In this document: one piece after another, positions 11,431 to 23,230 of the stretch
Numbering within the stretch: the stretch's first letter is position 1
Layout: every line of letters begins with the position of its first letter
Origin: Dicyema japonicum
Lineage: Eukaryota > Animalia > Dicyemida
Length of the DNA: 64,000 bases
Assembly: GCA_011109175.1 (NCBI GenBank)
Contig: RDEW01000052.1
Location: 124,001 to 188,000, forward strand
Direction: 5' to 3'
Program-made: the position numbers and the translations under genes
The notes under the pieces: generated by a model
Databases searched by the model: none
Seen by the model: only the letters and a program-made list of their open reading frames with translations
What the model was told of the DNA's origin: nothing

Positions 11431-12685
11431 TCAGAAGCGCTGAAGTATGGGGGACCCAGCCATCTCCAGACGAGTAGCAAAGTTGTTCAAGTATTCTGCC
11501 CAGCCATAAATCTTATCTTTCATTTTCATAATCTACCAGTCCACATACAACTAACCTCCTCTTTCGTACAAATCCTAGGATATGTCCACTCAATATACAC
11601 CCTCTCCATCACCTGGTCAATATGTCCACGAATCACATTCTTCGCTAGTGCTTTCATCACCAGATACTCCACCTCACTAACTTCAACCCCCGTAGCCGTG
11701 GAAATTTCTTCAAATGAAAAATACTTTCTAGAATGTTCTAGAAAACGCATCATCACCAAAGCGTTAAGTGATATTTTTTGTTGGATAATCTCAAAGTTGT
11801 TAGCAAACTCCTCCTAAAATTAAAAATTGGGGTACGTCGTATTCCTGGCACTTTGGTCTTATCAATTTCAGCATCTTCAAGTCACCGTTGGTTATACACT
11901 CCATCATGTTCTTCATCCACTCGAATTCTGTTCCCACCAAAGATTCCACCGCTTTGTGCTTGAGCCATTCCTGTAGGTTGATAATATCCGGGGACAGGAT
12001 AGCTGACCGAGAAATTTCAACGACACTTTGAAGAAATTTCCCGCCAAAAAGAATATTTGGTGGTGCACAACTCATAAAATTGAGTTGCATGTTTGGTGTG
12101 GTTTCCCATTTTTCGGTGGTATTCCGCACCCAGTTTGAAGTAAATTCCATGGAGTTGAGTCAGGTCTCCAAAATGTCCAACTCATCTCCGACCTTGTCCA
12201 CAATTTCCTGACTAATACCCACATGTACCTTCACCTTCTCTAAAGAACCGGTCTCGAATAAACGAAGCCCTGGGAGATCAGACACTTTTGCTTTTATTTT
12301 TGGCCAGTTTTCCCGAAATTCCATTCAAAAAGGCCAGAGCCTCCCCGGGATCTTAATTTGAGGACCCAAGACCACCATGAATTGAGTCAGAAATGAGGTA
12401 GGCAATGTCGGCGAGAGTGTTTTCCAGAAGTTTGGTCTCAAAATTGGCGATATAATTGGTATAAAACTAAATTAAACTTAAATTTACTTCAATTAAAGAA
12501 ATATTTTCACGATAAAATTTTTCTTCGCGGAGAACAGTCATAATTGTTTCCCCCAGTTCATACCAGTGCCTGAATAAATGTATTTTTTACTTGGCAATGT
12601 AGTGGGTGTTCATTTCTATGAAGAGTCCTCGCAATGACTCGTTGACTTTGGTGGAGACACTTTCAATGTACTGCTGAGGATTCAT
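11431..12685 (-). CDS. PSMD13: 26S proteasome lid subunit RPN9/PSMD13 (PCI domain), 6 micro-introns, about 3 apparent frameshifts
   Basis: Spliced translation MNPQQYIESV..YIAK|HWYELGE..LIE|FYTNYIANFETK..D|PGEALAFL..KVK|EIVDKV..FSFEEISTATGVEVSEVEYLVMKALAKNVIRGHIDQVMERVYIEWTYPRI matches the RPN9 family. Introns: 12570-12590, 12467-12487, 12352-12375, 12208-12228, 11814-11835, 11533-11555. Confidence 0.92.
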
Positions 12686-12689
12686 TATT

Positions 12690-12710
12690 CTATGATTCAA
12701 AATTATGTAC
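12690..12710 (-). other. Candidate 21-nt 5'UTR micro-intron of RPN9
   Basis: GTACATAATTTTGAATCATAG ends 4 nt before the ATG. Its length and GTACAT start match RPN9 intron 4. Confidence 0.45.
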
Positions 12711-12834
12711 AACAAGAGTATAAATGGTGGGTGTGTATTTATTTGAATTTTAAATTATTTCTTATTTTTAATAATAATTTTATTTTATTTTTATTTTACT
12801 AACCCGAAATCACAAGAAAAAGGGTAAAAGTTAT

Positions 12835-12930
12835 CCTCTAATTAAGTGATCCCGGTGTCCATACCAGTCGTTTTCCTGTTAGTTTTGGAGTCCTTGATTA
12901 AGTGTGCTGATGAATTCTAGGGATCTTATT
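12835..12930 (-). mobile_element. LINE family B 3' stub
   Basis: Ends ACCGGGATCACTTAATTAG (TGIT* then ttag). Confidence 0.4.
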
Positions 12931-13099
12931 TGGTGCTGATTTTTCTTTTTAAAATCTCTTTTAACTGTTTTTCGGCGTTTTCATTGCTCTGAAATTTCCC
13001 ATAATGTAAGATTTTTGTGGACCTAATCTTAGTTTGATTATTAGATCTGTCTCTAGCAAAACCCACGTGGTCACTTTAAAAAATTAAGGTTAGCTCACT

Positions 13100-14250
13100 G
13101 TTGGTTGATTTTCCGTTTCTTTCACTGTTGGAATGTTACATTGGAATTTTTGTCACACGAGTCTAACCTTAAAAACTTGGGGGTCTTAATGTAGGTCCTC
13201 TGTCAGTGCATTGGTTGAAGGCGAACTGGATGCGAACGTCTACTCGACATCTCATGGGTCCGTTATTTTCTTCATACATTTCCAAGTCACGGAAACGAAA
13301 AGTTACATAATCCATAGACTGGTAAAATACTTGGTGGATGACCTATTGTATGTTGGGGTCACTTTCAATTGTACTTCAGGTGTCAAACTATACAAGTTCA
13401 AGTGTCCTTGTTAATCAGTGTGAGTGATTCGATCGTCTTATTTTTACACCACGGAGTATTTCAATGAAGAAAGGATTCTTAGAAAATCTGAACAAAATGC
13501 AGGGACCCCCCAAATTCCTGTGCTTTTTTAAATAGCAAAGCTTATAGAGGCTGTGGTCAGTGGACCTGTGATAAATTCAGACAATTAAGGTCACAAATAT
13601 TGACGACAGAGATAATTTAGGTCACTTCCATCATATTGGTGACCCTCCAAAACCATCTTATGACGTAAGATCCTACTTTTCACACCACTGGAATATGATT
13701 CGAATCAGGAATACTCAGTTCCATTGGGTAGAGTGGATGGGAACTACAGCTTACATCTTCGGACTCGAGTCACCAGTTTACGAGACTTTCGGAGAAGACG
13801 TCATGATTCTTATCCTACACGGGACACAACTTCCGTACGGTAAACATTTCAAATCCACTGTCTTTGTGACTTTGATAAAAGCGGCAGATTCGAAGAGAAT
13901 ATCTGGGTTTCCACGATATATTTGGCCAAAAGATTATATAGAGGGATCTCAGAGGACACGATAGGTAGGTTGAGCCTAGTAAATCCTCTAGTCAGGTTAG
14001 TAATGACTCAAGTGTCCTGGACTCTTGGAATCACCTTTGCTGACCAAGTGATATGTAAACATTTCGGAGGAGGATATTTGTATAGACTCCACCTTTCTTA
14101 GATGGCTTTGACTTTCAAGTCCTTCCAGAATCACAGTTGTTGGAACCCCTCCAAGAAATGTGATCCATCGATGTAGATATGGAAGAATGGTCAATGCTAT
14201 AGGTATACACGCTCTTCTGCCTCAGGATGCTGAAAGGATTCCATTACACA
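13100..14250 (+). pseudogene. Unidentified multi-exon gene with micro-introns, cut at its 3' side by a CRE stub
   Basis: Candidate introns GTCACTTTCAATTGTACTTCAG (22), GTAGGTTGAGCCTAGTAAATCCTCTAG (27) and GTATACACGCTCTTCTGCCTCAG (23). Exons from about 13660 to 14050 splice in frame (..TRDTTSVR|GRFEENIW..DTI|VRLVMTQ). Confidence 0.4.
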
Positions 14251-14269
14251 GTACAATCAAGAGTTATTG

Positions 14270-14660
14270 CGTGTGGACTCGAAACGATCGGATTCCCCGT
14301 CCAGTTGGAAAATCTAAGACCGGCCCTAACTAACAAAAGGGCCTGACGGAACAACTCTCTTCCATGGAAGGTTGTAGACACCAATGTAGATAGCCTCCCT
14401 CCCTCCGACCTTGCTATGACTGAAACCAACCAAGGGTCAGTCTAGGGTAAGGATTGAGACCCTGAAGATGAAGAAATATGAAATTTCTTGTGGACAGTTC
14501 ATTTATGAACAGTCACTGACCCTGTTAAACACAAATCGGAATCGCTCATCTCGAAGATGAAAAATGATTGAAGAGAAAGGAAATTGCTTATTAAGCGTAT
14601 TTCCTTGCGAATCGTCAGGGGAAATGCATTCTTTAATTATGAGAGCAGCCAGGTATTGCT
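14270..14660 (+). mobile_element. CRE-clade 3' fragment (RLE) directly upstream of CRE1
   Basis: IGFPVQLE..NKR..LPWK..VD and KRISLRIVRGN, followed by a T/A tail. Confidence 0.7.
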
Positions 14661-14748
14661 AACTTATTTTTTTCTGATTAAAAATAAAAAATTTTTTAAT
14701 TTAAAACGAGAATATTTGCAAATATTTTTTTAGTAAAAATATTTTTTT

Positions 14749-17693
14749 TTGCACAAAAGAACAAATCCAGTACGGACAAATCAGGTATGTTTTTTATGTG
14801 GACAATCGAACATCAGGAAATATGGGATTAACTGCACACAATGTGAATCATTCGCCCATCTGGGCTGCATAAAAATGAGTAAAGCTTGCGCCGAGACGCT
14901 GTCGAGTTGGCTGTGCCCCTCTTGTATTGGAATGGAGGCCCCCAGGCGGGAAAAAATAACTCAGTCAAACTTTACACTGCCACATACAGACCATACTCTC
15001 TTGAAGATCTCGAACCTCAGGAAAGCCATGAAGATCCCAGTAAAAATCCCTAAAGGAGTACGAATTGCCGCAGCAACGTGTCTTTCAGATGCCATTGATC
15101 ACGCACTATCCTCTGACAGTTGGGAATCCTGGCTAAAACTTATATGCTTTGCACCTGTCGCACTCGGAATACCTACAAAGGAATCTGAGGACAATAATAA
15201 AGAAACAAACTCCCGACTCAACTTATCCGGGAAACTGAAACGAAACATAATGAATTTTAGCTGTCATAACATACACGCAATACTTGAACATCCACTTAAT
15301 GTCAATGAGGTCGAAACCAGAGGAGCATTCATCAAAGATGCCCCCAACAAACTAAAGGAGAGAGTAAACCGGAAACTTCTGGAAGGCGACGTGCGGGCAG
15401 CCTTACGAGTTATCACATCCGATGACACAGTATTGTCTTGTACCCCGAGGTCCTAAATACCTTAATACTAAAGCATCCAGATGCACCGACTGACTATGAA
15501 AAGTTTTTGAATCCTGAAGGAACCCAGGAGATAATCATTACTGAATCCGAAGTGCGCCACGGAATAACTTCCTTCGCGGCTAGCAGCGGTGGAGGCTTGG
15601 AAGGGTTACGTCCTGGCCATATTAAGGACCTTACGTCCACTTACACCTCGGAAGCTGGACGCTGTCTTGTCAAATCAATTACGGACCTAATCAGAAAAAT
15701 GGTTAACGGCGACATCCCAAAATATGCCAGAGAATTGCTCTTCTCTGCAAGGCTACTTGCTTTCAAAAAACCCAACGGAGGAATCCGCCCCATTGCGGTC
15801 GGGAACTATTTTAGAAGACTTGCAGCAAAAGTAGCATCGACCATGGTGAGCGACAACTCGGAGAGGAGTTCTTTCCTAAACAAATGGGTGTTAGTATCCA
15901 GAACGGATGTGAGGTTGCGGTTCATGCAGCAAGGCGTTTCTTCACACAGAAAAATATTTCAAATGAATGCATTGGAATCAAGTTGGACATAACGAATGCC
16001 TTTAATTCTCTCAGAAGAGACGAAATTATGAAAACGTGTTGGAAGAGGGCTCCAAAGCTTTTCCCTCTTGTCAATCTATCCTATGGGAAGATACGTCTTT
16101 GGTTTTTGAAAATGAAATTATTAAATCAAAAACGGGTGTACAACAAGGAGATCCGCTCGGACCTCTATTATTTGCCTTGACCATTGATGAGGTTGTGAGT
16201 CAATTGATGCTCAGCTAAATCTCTGGTACCTCGATGATGCCACAATTGGAGGATCGTTCAAAGAAACATACAATTCATTACGTAAAGCGTTACCCGCTTT
16301 AAAACATTTGGGCTTGGACATCAATGTTAACAAATCAGAGCTAATAAATGTCTCATATCCATACACCGACTTCCTCTCTATCAAAGAGTCTTTTAATGAA
16401 CTGCTTCATGGGATCCTGACTGTGCCAGTTGATAACTTATATTTCCTCGGAAGACCACTAAGCGAAGAAGAACTCAAGAACCATCTACTTTTCAAAAATG
16501 AAGAATTAACACGCTTTGCGAAAAGATTGTCATGTCTGGACTCTCACACATCATTCTTCCTGATGAGAAACAACATCGGACTACCCAAGCTTTTATATCT
16601 ACTCCGATGTTCACCCTGCTACGAACAATATGACATTCTACTTTCAATAGACAAGTCTCTCAAGCAAACAGTTGAGTCACTAATTAACGTCCGCTTCGAC
16701 GAACTTGGTTGGAAACAATGAAGCTTCCCTCTGGATTTGGGGGTGTCGGAATGAGATCGGCGCTGGAGGTTGCGTACCCGGCATACCTATCGTCTCTCTC
16801 AAGCTGCAGCCATTTGACACGGCAAGTCCTTCATAACACAATTGGACTTGCTGGAATGAGTCATTTGACGAAGCTTGTCGGAAATGGAACGGGTCCGGAC
16901 TCAAAATCCCGAAGACACAACGAAGCAAAGTAATTGGGATGACATTGTCTGCTTCAAAATTTTGGAAGACCTTAAGAAGAAGCAAATCAACATCGTCTGG
17001 CTTGTTTGGTGTCAGCTTCAAGTCGAGGGAGTGGAGCATGGCTTGGTGCAATACCTTGCCCAAACCTCGGGACCTTTTTGGACGACGATTCTTTGAGGAT
17101 TGGAATCGGACAAAGGCTGGGACTAGACGTTTGCCAGGAGCACCGATGCCGATGCGGGAAAACAGTCGATGCGAAAGGATTGCACCCGCTGTCCTGCAGA
17201 AGAAGCGCCGGAAGGGGACCACGTCATGCTGCTCTGAATGATGTGATCGTCAGAGCTCTGAAGGCTTCAGGCTTCCCAGCACAGCTTGAACCAGTGGGTC
17301 TTGATCGAGGAGATGGGAAGAGACCTGACGGGATGACCCTTTTCCCCTTCACGTCTGGAAGATCTTTGGTCTGGGACGCAACTTGCATAGACACGTTCTC
17401 AAGCACGAACATTTTTAAATCTGTTCAGACACCTGGAGCAGCTGCTTCGACGCGGAAAACCTAAAAATCAAGAAATATTCTTGCCTCGGGGATCGCTACC
17501 GATTTACTCCTGTTGCGACCGATCATCGGGAGCCGTTGGTCCAATGACGGCTGAATTCTTGCAAGAACTCGGAGGATTGCTTGCCAGAAAGAAAAGGGAT
17601 CAACGAGAAGGGCTATGGCTAAGACAAAAGATTGGAATAGCCATACTCCGAGGGAACTCGTTCGCAATCCACGCAGCAGGCTTCCTCAACTGA
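14749..17693 (+). mobile_element. PHD-CRE1: near full-length CRE-clade non-LTR retrotransposon (PHD finger - RT - CCHC - RLE), about 7 frameshifts
   Basis: PHD CFLC..CTQC..H..C..WLCPSC; RT motifs GGIRPIAVG, QQGDPLGP, WYLDD; CRCG..HPLSC..H; KRPDG; ends IAILRGNSFAIHAAGFLN* plus T/A tail. Confidence 0.93.
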
Positions 17694-17949
17694 TATTTTT
17701 TAATTGTTAAAAAAAAAATTTTTTAATTCGAAAAAAGAGTGTGTGAAATCGATTTGATTTTGAGGTCCCGTGACTCACCTACTTGGTGGCATTGTAAACT
17801 CCCTATCCTGCCATCCGGAGGAAAATTACTGAACTACATTATTTTTTAAATTATTTAAAAAAATTATTGTAAAAAATTGCTAAAAGGTTCACCGATTTAT
17901 ACAAATAAGGATATCTCTGAGGCAATTAACCAAATTTTACTCAATCGTG

Positions 17950-18250
17950 ACAATTATTGAAATTCTAATTTTAAAAAGTCATCATTGTTGACTGTTTCCA
18001 TCTTACTGTGTCTTCGCAAATGAGACTATGATCCAGTCATTCACACGATAATATTTGAATTCCGATAGTAGTGGGATTTTAATTCGGTAATCAGTAAGTA
18101 ACTCATTTGAATTTCGTCTTAGAAAACATCCAATAGTGGCACTGTATGTATTCCTGGATTATTCATTTGGAAATATCATTTAAGCTTCTGACATTAAATG
18201 ATAGTACGTAAAATCCTCTTAGCCTCAAGACTTCTAGCAATTGAGTCTCA
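17950..18250 (-). mobile_element. LINE APE endonuclease N-terminal relic
   Basis: LSFNVRSL followed by an ETKFK-like motif. Confidence 0.4.
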
Positions 18251-18829
18251 AAAAATCTGAAAATCGCACTAAAGTATCTGGCGCATATCTTCAGAGATGA
18301 CCTTGTGTTACGGATTTTTTGGGGAGACTCGGGGTAGAAGTCGGTTGCATGCCCTACCGTTTCATATTACTTTCCCCCATCACTTAATTTACAGTACTTT
18401 TTCTTTATAATAACTTACTTAAGTCAAAAAATCTGAAAGATGTGTTTTTTGTCAAAATTGCAAATTAAGATATATTAACGTAAACAATAAAAATATTTTT
18501 GAAATTTACGAGGCAACAATTCTTAGAGATTAAAAACACACAACGTAATGAATTAATAGGCTAGCCTCAGCAACATGAATTTTCGGGTATCAACATTCAA
18601 GATGACGGAAAAGTCGATAAAATTGGAAAAACTTTTACGAAACGTGAACTAATTGATAACCAACTTTTTCGGCAAATTGATTGTTCGGAGGACATAATGA
18701 TCATTTTTATGCGAGGTCAACCATCCGAATAAGTGATCCTGGTTGATTTCAACAGGAACGAAAATTTTTGCAGTACTGATGCTTAGTACCCATAGCTTTT
18801 CTGAATCCACAATGTTCCTCTTTCGTGAG

Positions 18830-20050
18830 AATGATTCCGATGCATTCATTACATATTCGCCCGGTGTTCCTTTCTAGTGCCGGCGAATGACCATACTGGC
18901 GGCTGAGAAATTAGAAAAGTCGGTCCAGTTTGATGTTTCATACAAATCCACCTTCCGTAATTTTGAAAGCCTTCTTTTGCATTTCTTCTATCTTCCTCAT
19001 ACTTGTACAAGATATGGACATACGAGTCACATGCATATGAGAAACATGACTCGATGTGCTGTCCTTAATCAAGCCGCTAAGTAGAGACGCTCACGTTGAT
19101 CGCAGCTCTTGGAGTTCCAGAGTAAGTTAGAATTCACGAATTTCTTTTCCACGTAGAAATAGGTTACGATTACATGCTATGCATGGAAGTTCCCTCTAAT
19201 GGTGATTTGGAGCATTGATTTTGATTCAGGAGGTTTGCGAAACAGTACAGACTTATCCTCAAAGGGTTGAATAGCATGGATGGATGCGAAATCATATTTT
19301 CCTGAGGTCCAGGTTTGATTTGTGAACGTTGAGAGATTGTTAAAGATATTGTATGCTCTCGTTTCTAGATCATCTCCCAACTCCAGAATCTTCGTCTCCC
19401 GATGTAGGTGGTCAATTGAGGTTTAAACATCTCGATGAGTTTTCTCAGTGGTTAGTTTGACCCTCGAAGAGGAAAGGGCAAACCTCCAGGTAAAACATAT
19501 TCATTCTATCGTCTTAGTGAAGATTTGGTGGTACAGCTTGTAATGCTTGACTGTAAGTGGAAAGGGGCCTTTGACACGCTGGAGATTGCGCTTTCAACCT
19601 CTCTAGAATTCTCTGGTGACATTCCCAGCCACACCCGAAGTCTCAAATTTTGAATAAAGTAACTCGCAATTTGGACGCAGAGACTTATAGCTAGTGACCG
19701 ACAACCAAAACTGGTTGAAGTATGTCTCCACCACCATAGAGTGAGATCTACCCCTACTAGTGGTAGGTAGTTCCGCATAAGGTGAATAATATGTTAGAAT
19801 CATAAGTTATTGAAAAATGCGGAAATAAGTTGAACAGTGAGGGAGACAGTGAAGATTGCGGAATTCCAGTTGGTAGTAGCCAAGATCTTGGCATCGCCTG
19901 AAATGAAATTCGCGAGCCACTGTCTAATGTTTCATCCATATAATCTGTCGTAAATATCTTTGTTATAAGAAAACTTGAAAACCCCATAAGTCCATCCGGC
20001 AAGAATAAAGAAAACACCCAGTTATTCAGTTGAGAATCCCTCCAAGAAAC
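18830..20050 (-). mobile_element. Degenerate LINE family B (RT to 3' end)
   Basis: TGIPQSSLSPSLFNLF; YA(D); QHIESCFSYACDS; GTRKEHRANM. Confidence 0.6.
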
Positions 20051-20488
20051 AGAGTGGGGGAGAAAGGATTATTAACCGAATGTGAGTGGTCTAATAAGCA
20101 CATAAACCGTCAAATTGCTATAATATTCAGGATTTGTAACATCATTCAATCCGATAATTTAACTACGGCATAACTTCAGGATAATCGAAAAGCTTAGATG
20201 ACTTCGAACCACCAGTCTGTCATCTAATACCATTGTCTTCACTAGAAAGATAGACAGCCTGGGAATCAACCTGGATAGGAAACCTATCTCAACAGAGCTA
20301 TTCACCAATTTTTGTAATGTCGTATCTAATAAAGCCTTAACACCCCAAAGATATGATACCCCTTCAAAAATTCATTAGAATTCTACAATATATGTTTACC
20401 CACGTGGTTTCTCAGTCAGAATATATGGTAAAGTCGTGGGTTTGTGCTTTGACAGACGTTAGTTTTGTTAGTTATTATAAAAATTGAA

Positions 20489-20550
20489 GTTATAGCTTAG
20501 CGGTTGGGTTCATACATATTAAAGTGGTATGTTCGATTTCCTCCGATAGC
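20489..20550 (+). other. Degenerate tRNA-like sequence (pseudo-tRNA or SINE head)
   Basis: A-box-like TAGCTTAGCGG, B-box-like GTTCGATT and possible acceptor pairing GTTAT/ATAGC. It does not fold into a full cloverleaf. Confidence 0.3.
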
Positions 20551-21519
20551 ACTTAGTCAGATGTTACTCGTCCCTCTGACTTAATGGAGGAGGACTGTGA
20601 TGACTAGGCTTGAGGAAATTAACTTTATTAGTCACGGTTATGATCGGGTTCCTTTGTATTTTATTTATGGATTCGTATTTCTACGACGATAAATCTTTTT
20701 TGACTCTAGATGTCTCCCACGGGTCTGTTCTTATATGACAAATCGACAGACTATGAAGATGAGACACGAAGTTTAAAAAACTAGTGAAGGGGAGATGAAT
20801 TTACTTAAATCACTGAATTACAACTGTCCACAGATTTAGTGATCGAATATTATGTCGAAACCCCCCTTTATTAGATTTTAGAACATGGGGTAGCTCTCAA
20901 TAAATCCTGAAGCAAATAGGTCACATTTCTTTGATTTATTGGACATCATCCCCCGTTTTGCTAAAAGTGTTAAGAATTCATGATGAAAGGGGAATATACG
21001 TATTAAAGAGACTGTAAGGAGTGAAAATGAGGGGGGTAGTGTCGTGAAAGGAAGGATGTATGAGGGTTATCAGTCCATCACCAAGGGACCAATTTGACCG
21101 TTCGAAGGGGAGTACTGAGTAGTATGTAAATTTTGGTCTTCGTGAGGTGATGGATATTCTGGACCAGGATTCACACTTCGGCTCTAAAAATTCTTTTATT
21201 TTTAAATTAATATAATATTAAATTTTTTAATTTAAATTATTTTTCGCTTTTTCTGGTGTTATTATCATCACTACAACAAGCGTTGTGGTAAAATCAATGA
21301 AGAAAATGGAGGCTTTCAAAAACAATGGGAAATTTAATTTTTTGTTATCAATGTTGATAGAAAACCACATTGGCTCATTTGTCATGTTACCATTATTTCT
21401 TTAATAACATACAATATTGGAAGGCATTACCATTGTCGTGTTTCAATTTTTGATTCACTGACAATCTTCCGTATTTGGAACAAATTAGTCTGAAATCGAC
21501 ATTGTGGATATAAAATTGG

Positions 21520-22100
21520 TTACCTTCTTACAAAGAACATGAGTATTATTTCGACTATCGCCAAAAAATTACCACTCAGCAATGATACTGTGACTTGGAC
21601 GGTGGAACTAATAATAGAAAATAAGTCTTCACAATATCAGAGTAACTATGTTTATAAATTTGCAGAATGTGTATAGTTTCAAAGTTATCCTTCGGTCTTG
21701 ACAGATGTGATGCTAGAGGCCGATGATGTAACTACTATGGAGCAAAAGGTGTCTTGCCTGGGATTCAACGTCCATTGACACTTTCTCTAATGGGAATTTG
21801 TTCAAATTATCATTATGCGAGTGTTCCACAGCGACGATGAGAAGGAGGCTGAGTTACCCCTACCAACATAAGTGCGGGTTGGACACACCAGGAGGTTAGG
21901 GGGAAACTGATATCGATATGGGAATTATCGACGAAGGGGGTGTTGTTGAAGGATGCTGTTTTCCTGAAGGGTCAAATTGAGGAAAGGAGAACCCAACCCA
22001 TAGCTGTCCAAACTAAGCAGCCCGAAAGTGTGAGTGGAGCAGGTAGGGTCAAAGAGGAGACGAACTGAGCACGTCAATTCACTGTAGCTAATAGACTATT
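21520..22100 (-). pseudogene. Relic of a Ser/Thr-rich single-pass membrane protein gene (copy at 51560-52130)
   Basis: ORF 51563..51811 ends in the hydrophobic segment VSLLSGNFLAIVEILLMFFVRR. Both copies contain stops. Confidence 0.3.
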
Positions 22101-22164
22101 ATTGTTTCATTCTCTGTAGACTTAAAGTTTTTTTTCGATTTAATGAATAATTGGATCAGAGTAT

Positions 22165-22440
22165 GATTGGTGTCCATTTATTTGGCACCATTGTGTTATT
22201 CTTCTGACGATAGCTATCGAGATACTGTCTAGAAGCATCCAGTCTCACGTGGATCATTGGTGACCCTTTGGATTAGAGTCGATCCTACGAACTGGATCGT
22301 CAGCTTGTGGGCCACGGATTCTGACATCTCAACAGCAGATGGACAGACAAGTGATCCTTCGTAATGCTTCGGTAGTTCCTTCTCTTCTAATCCTCGCTTG
22401 CTTAGAAGCATGACCTAGGTTCGAGAGTGAAGCGGTAATT
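22165..22440 (-). mobile_element. CRE-clade 3' stub (copy at 52200-52480)
   Basis: KHYEGSLVCPSAVE..IQRVTNDPRETGCFLDSISIAIVR. Confidence 0.7.
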
Positions 22441-22457
22441 ATCTTTTAATATCTTAA

Positions 22458-22700
22458 TTGTTAACGAAGTCATGTGGTTCACCATCTCTGGTGGCGCCTG
22501 ATATAATCTTACTATCAAAAAAACTATTAGCCACTAACCATCCAGAGGAGTTCTTCTGGAAAACATGCACTAGGCCTTTGACTTCACTTCTGTCAAGTCC
22601 GAACATGCGAAGACTGCTGAGGGAGGCTTGGATCACCTGACTTTTTTCATTCAGGATATGATGGTTTTTTTCTGGTTTAATAAAATTAAGATAAATAAAT
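22458..22700 (+). mobile_element. LINE family B 3' end (copy at 52.6-52.75 kb)
   Basis: MRRLLREAWIT* plus a 3'UTR ggatatgatggttttttctggtttaataaaa shared with the 24130-24180 end. Confidence 0.6.
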
Positions 22701-22959
22701 TTGTCATTTGTTAAAAAATTATGTGTCACTTCTAAGAACAATCTTTGAAAACACTGACATCTCATAAACATATTGCAGAAGATTTCTGTATGCCGATATA
22801 CCCGTGTAGTAATGTACCAAGACAAATTTTTTTGACAAATATTATATCCTTCTGAAACCAAATGCCGTCTCATTGTAATGTTGGTACTTATTTAGATACA
22901 GGTCCCCACTTTCATGCATCAATTTATTTTAATTTTTCCCAGTGGAATGAAGAGATAGA

Positions 22960-23230
22960 TCCTATTGAATACCAGCCATTGGGTGTCTCCAGAGTACGAC
23001 GCCACTAGAAGGAAGAACGAGAAATCATATAGCCAAATGGCACACGCAGTCATGGACTACTAAAGACACCTAACAAACACTAGATCGCAATACAATCAAG
23101 TCAGGACAGAGAACTCAATTTGGCTAGATGTTCTTCCGTTGAGCCCACACAACGCATGTCGCAAACTTGCACGTCCAACAAACCTACCCCCGATCTTTTC
23201 CCCCAACTGATAAATCGTCACTGCTCACAG
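22960..23230 (+). mobile_element. LINE family A 3' end (copy at 53.0-53.3 kb)
   Basis: Shares the 3'UTR motif CTGATAAATCGTCACT with segment Z and is followed by an AT-rich tail. Confidence 0.45.

Noticed and set aside
11308-11817. Listed ORFs antisense to real features (11308..11817, 2097..2423, 16680..17222, 40967..41380, 56866..57225)
   Set aside because: They are shadow frames opposite RPN9 or retrotransposon coding sequence, with no independent motifs.
12352-12375. RPN9 intron 3 sharing GTGGTCTTGGGT with a LINE-B tail (about 4566-4577), suggesting a TE-derived intron
   Set aside because: It is a 12-nt post-hoc match among many possible comparisons, and the intron appears to occupy an ancestral position.
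13685-13745. LEYDSNQEYSV..DG as a cadherin repeat
   Set aside because: Only one weak motif is present; DxND/PxF motifs and repetition are missing.
17740-17800. Sm-site-like GATTTTGAG plus small hairpins after CRE1 as an SL RNA/snRNA target
   Set aside because: Other CRE 3' flanks (3130, 3600, 8520, 22150, 23930) share no such sequence, and the motif is short enough to arise by chance.
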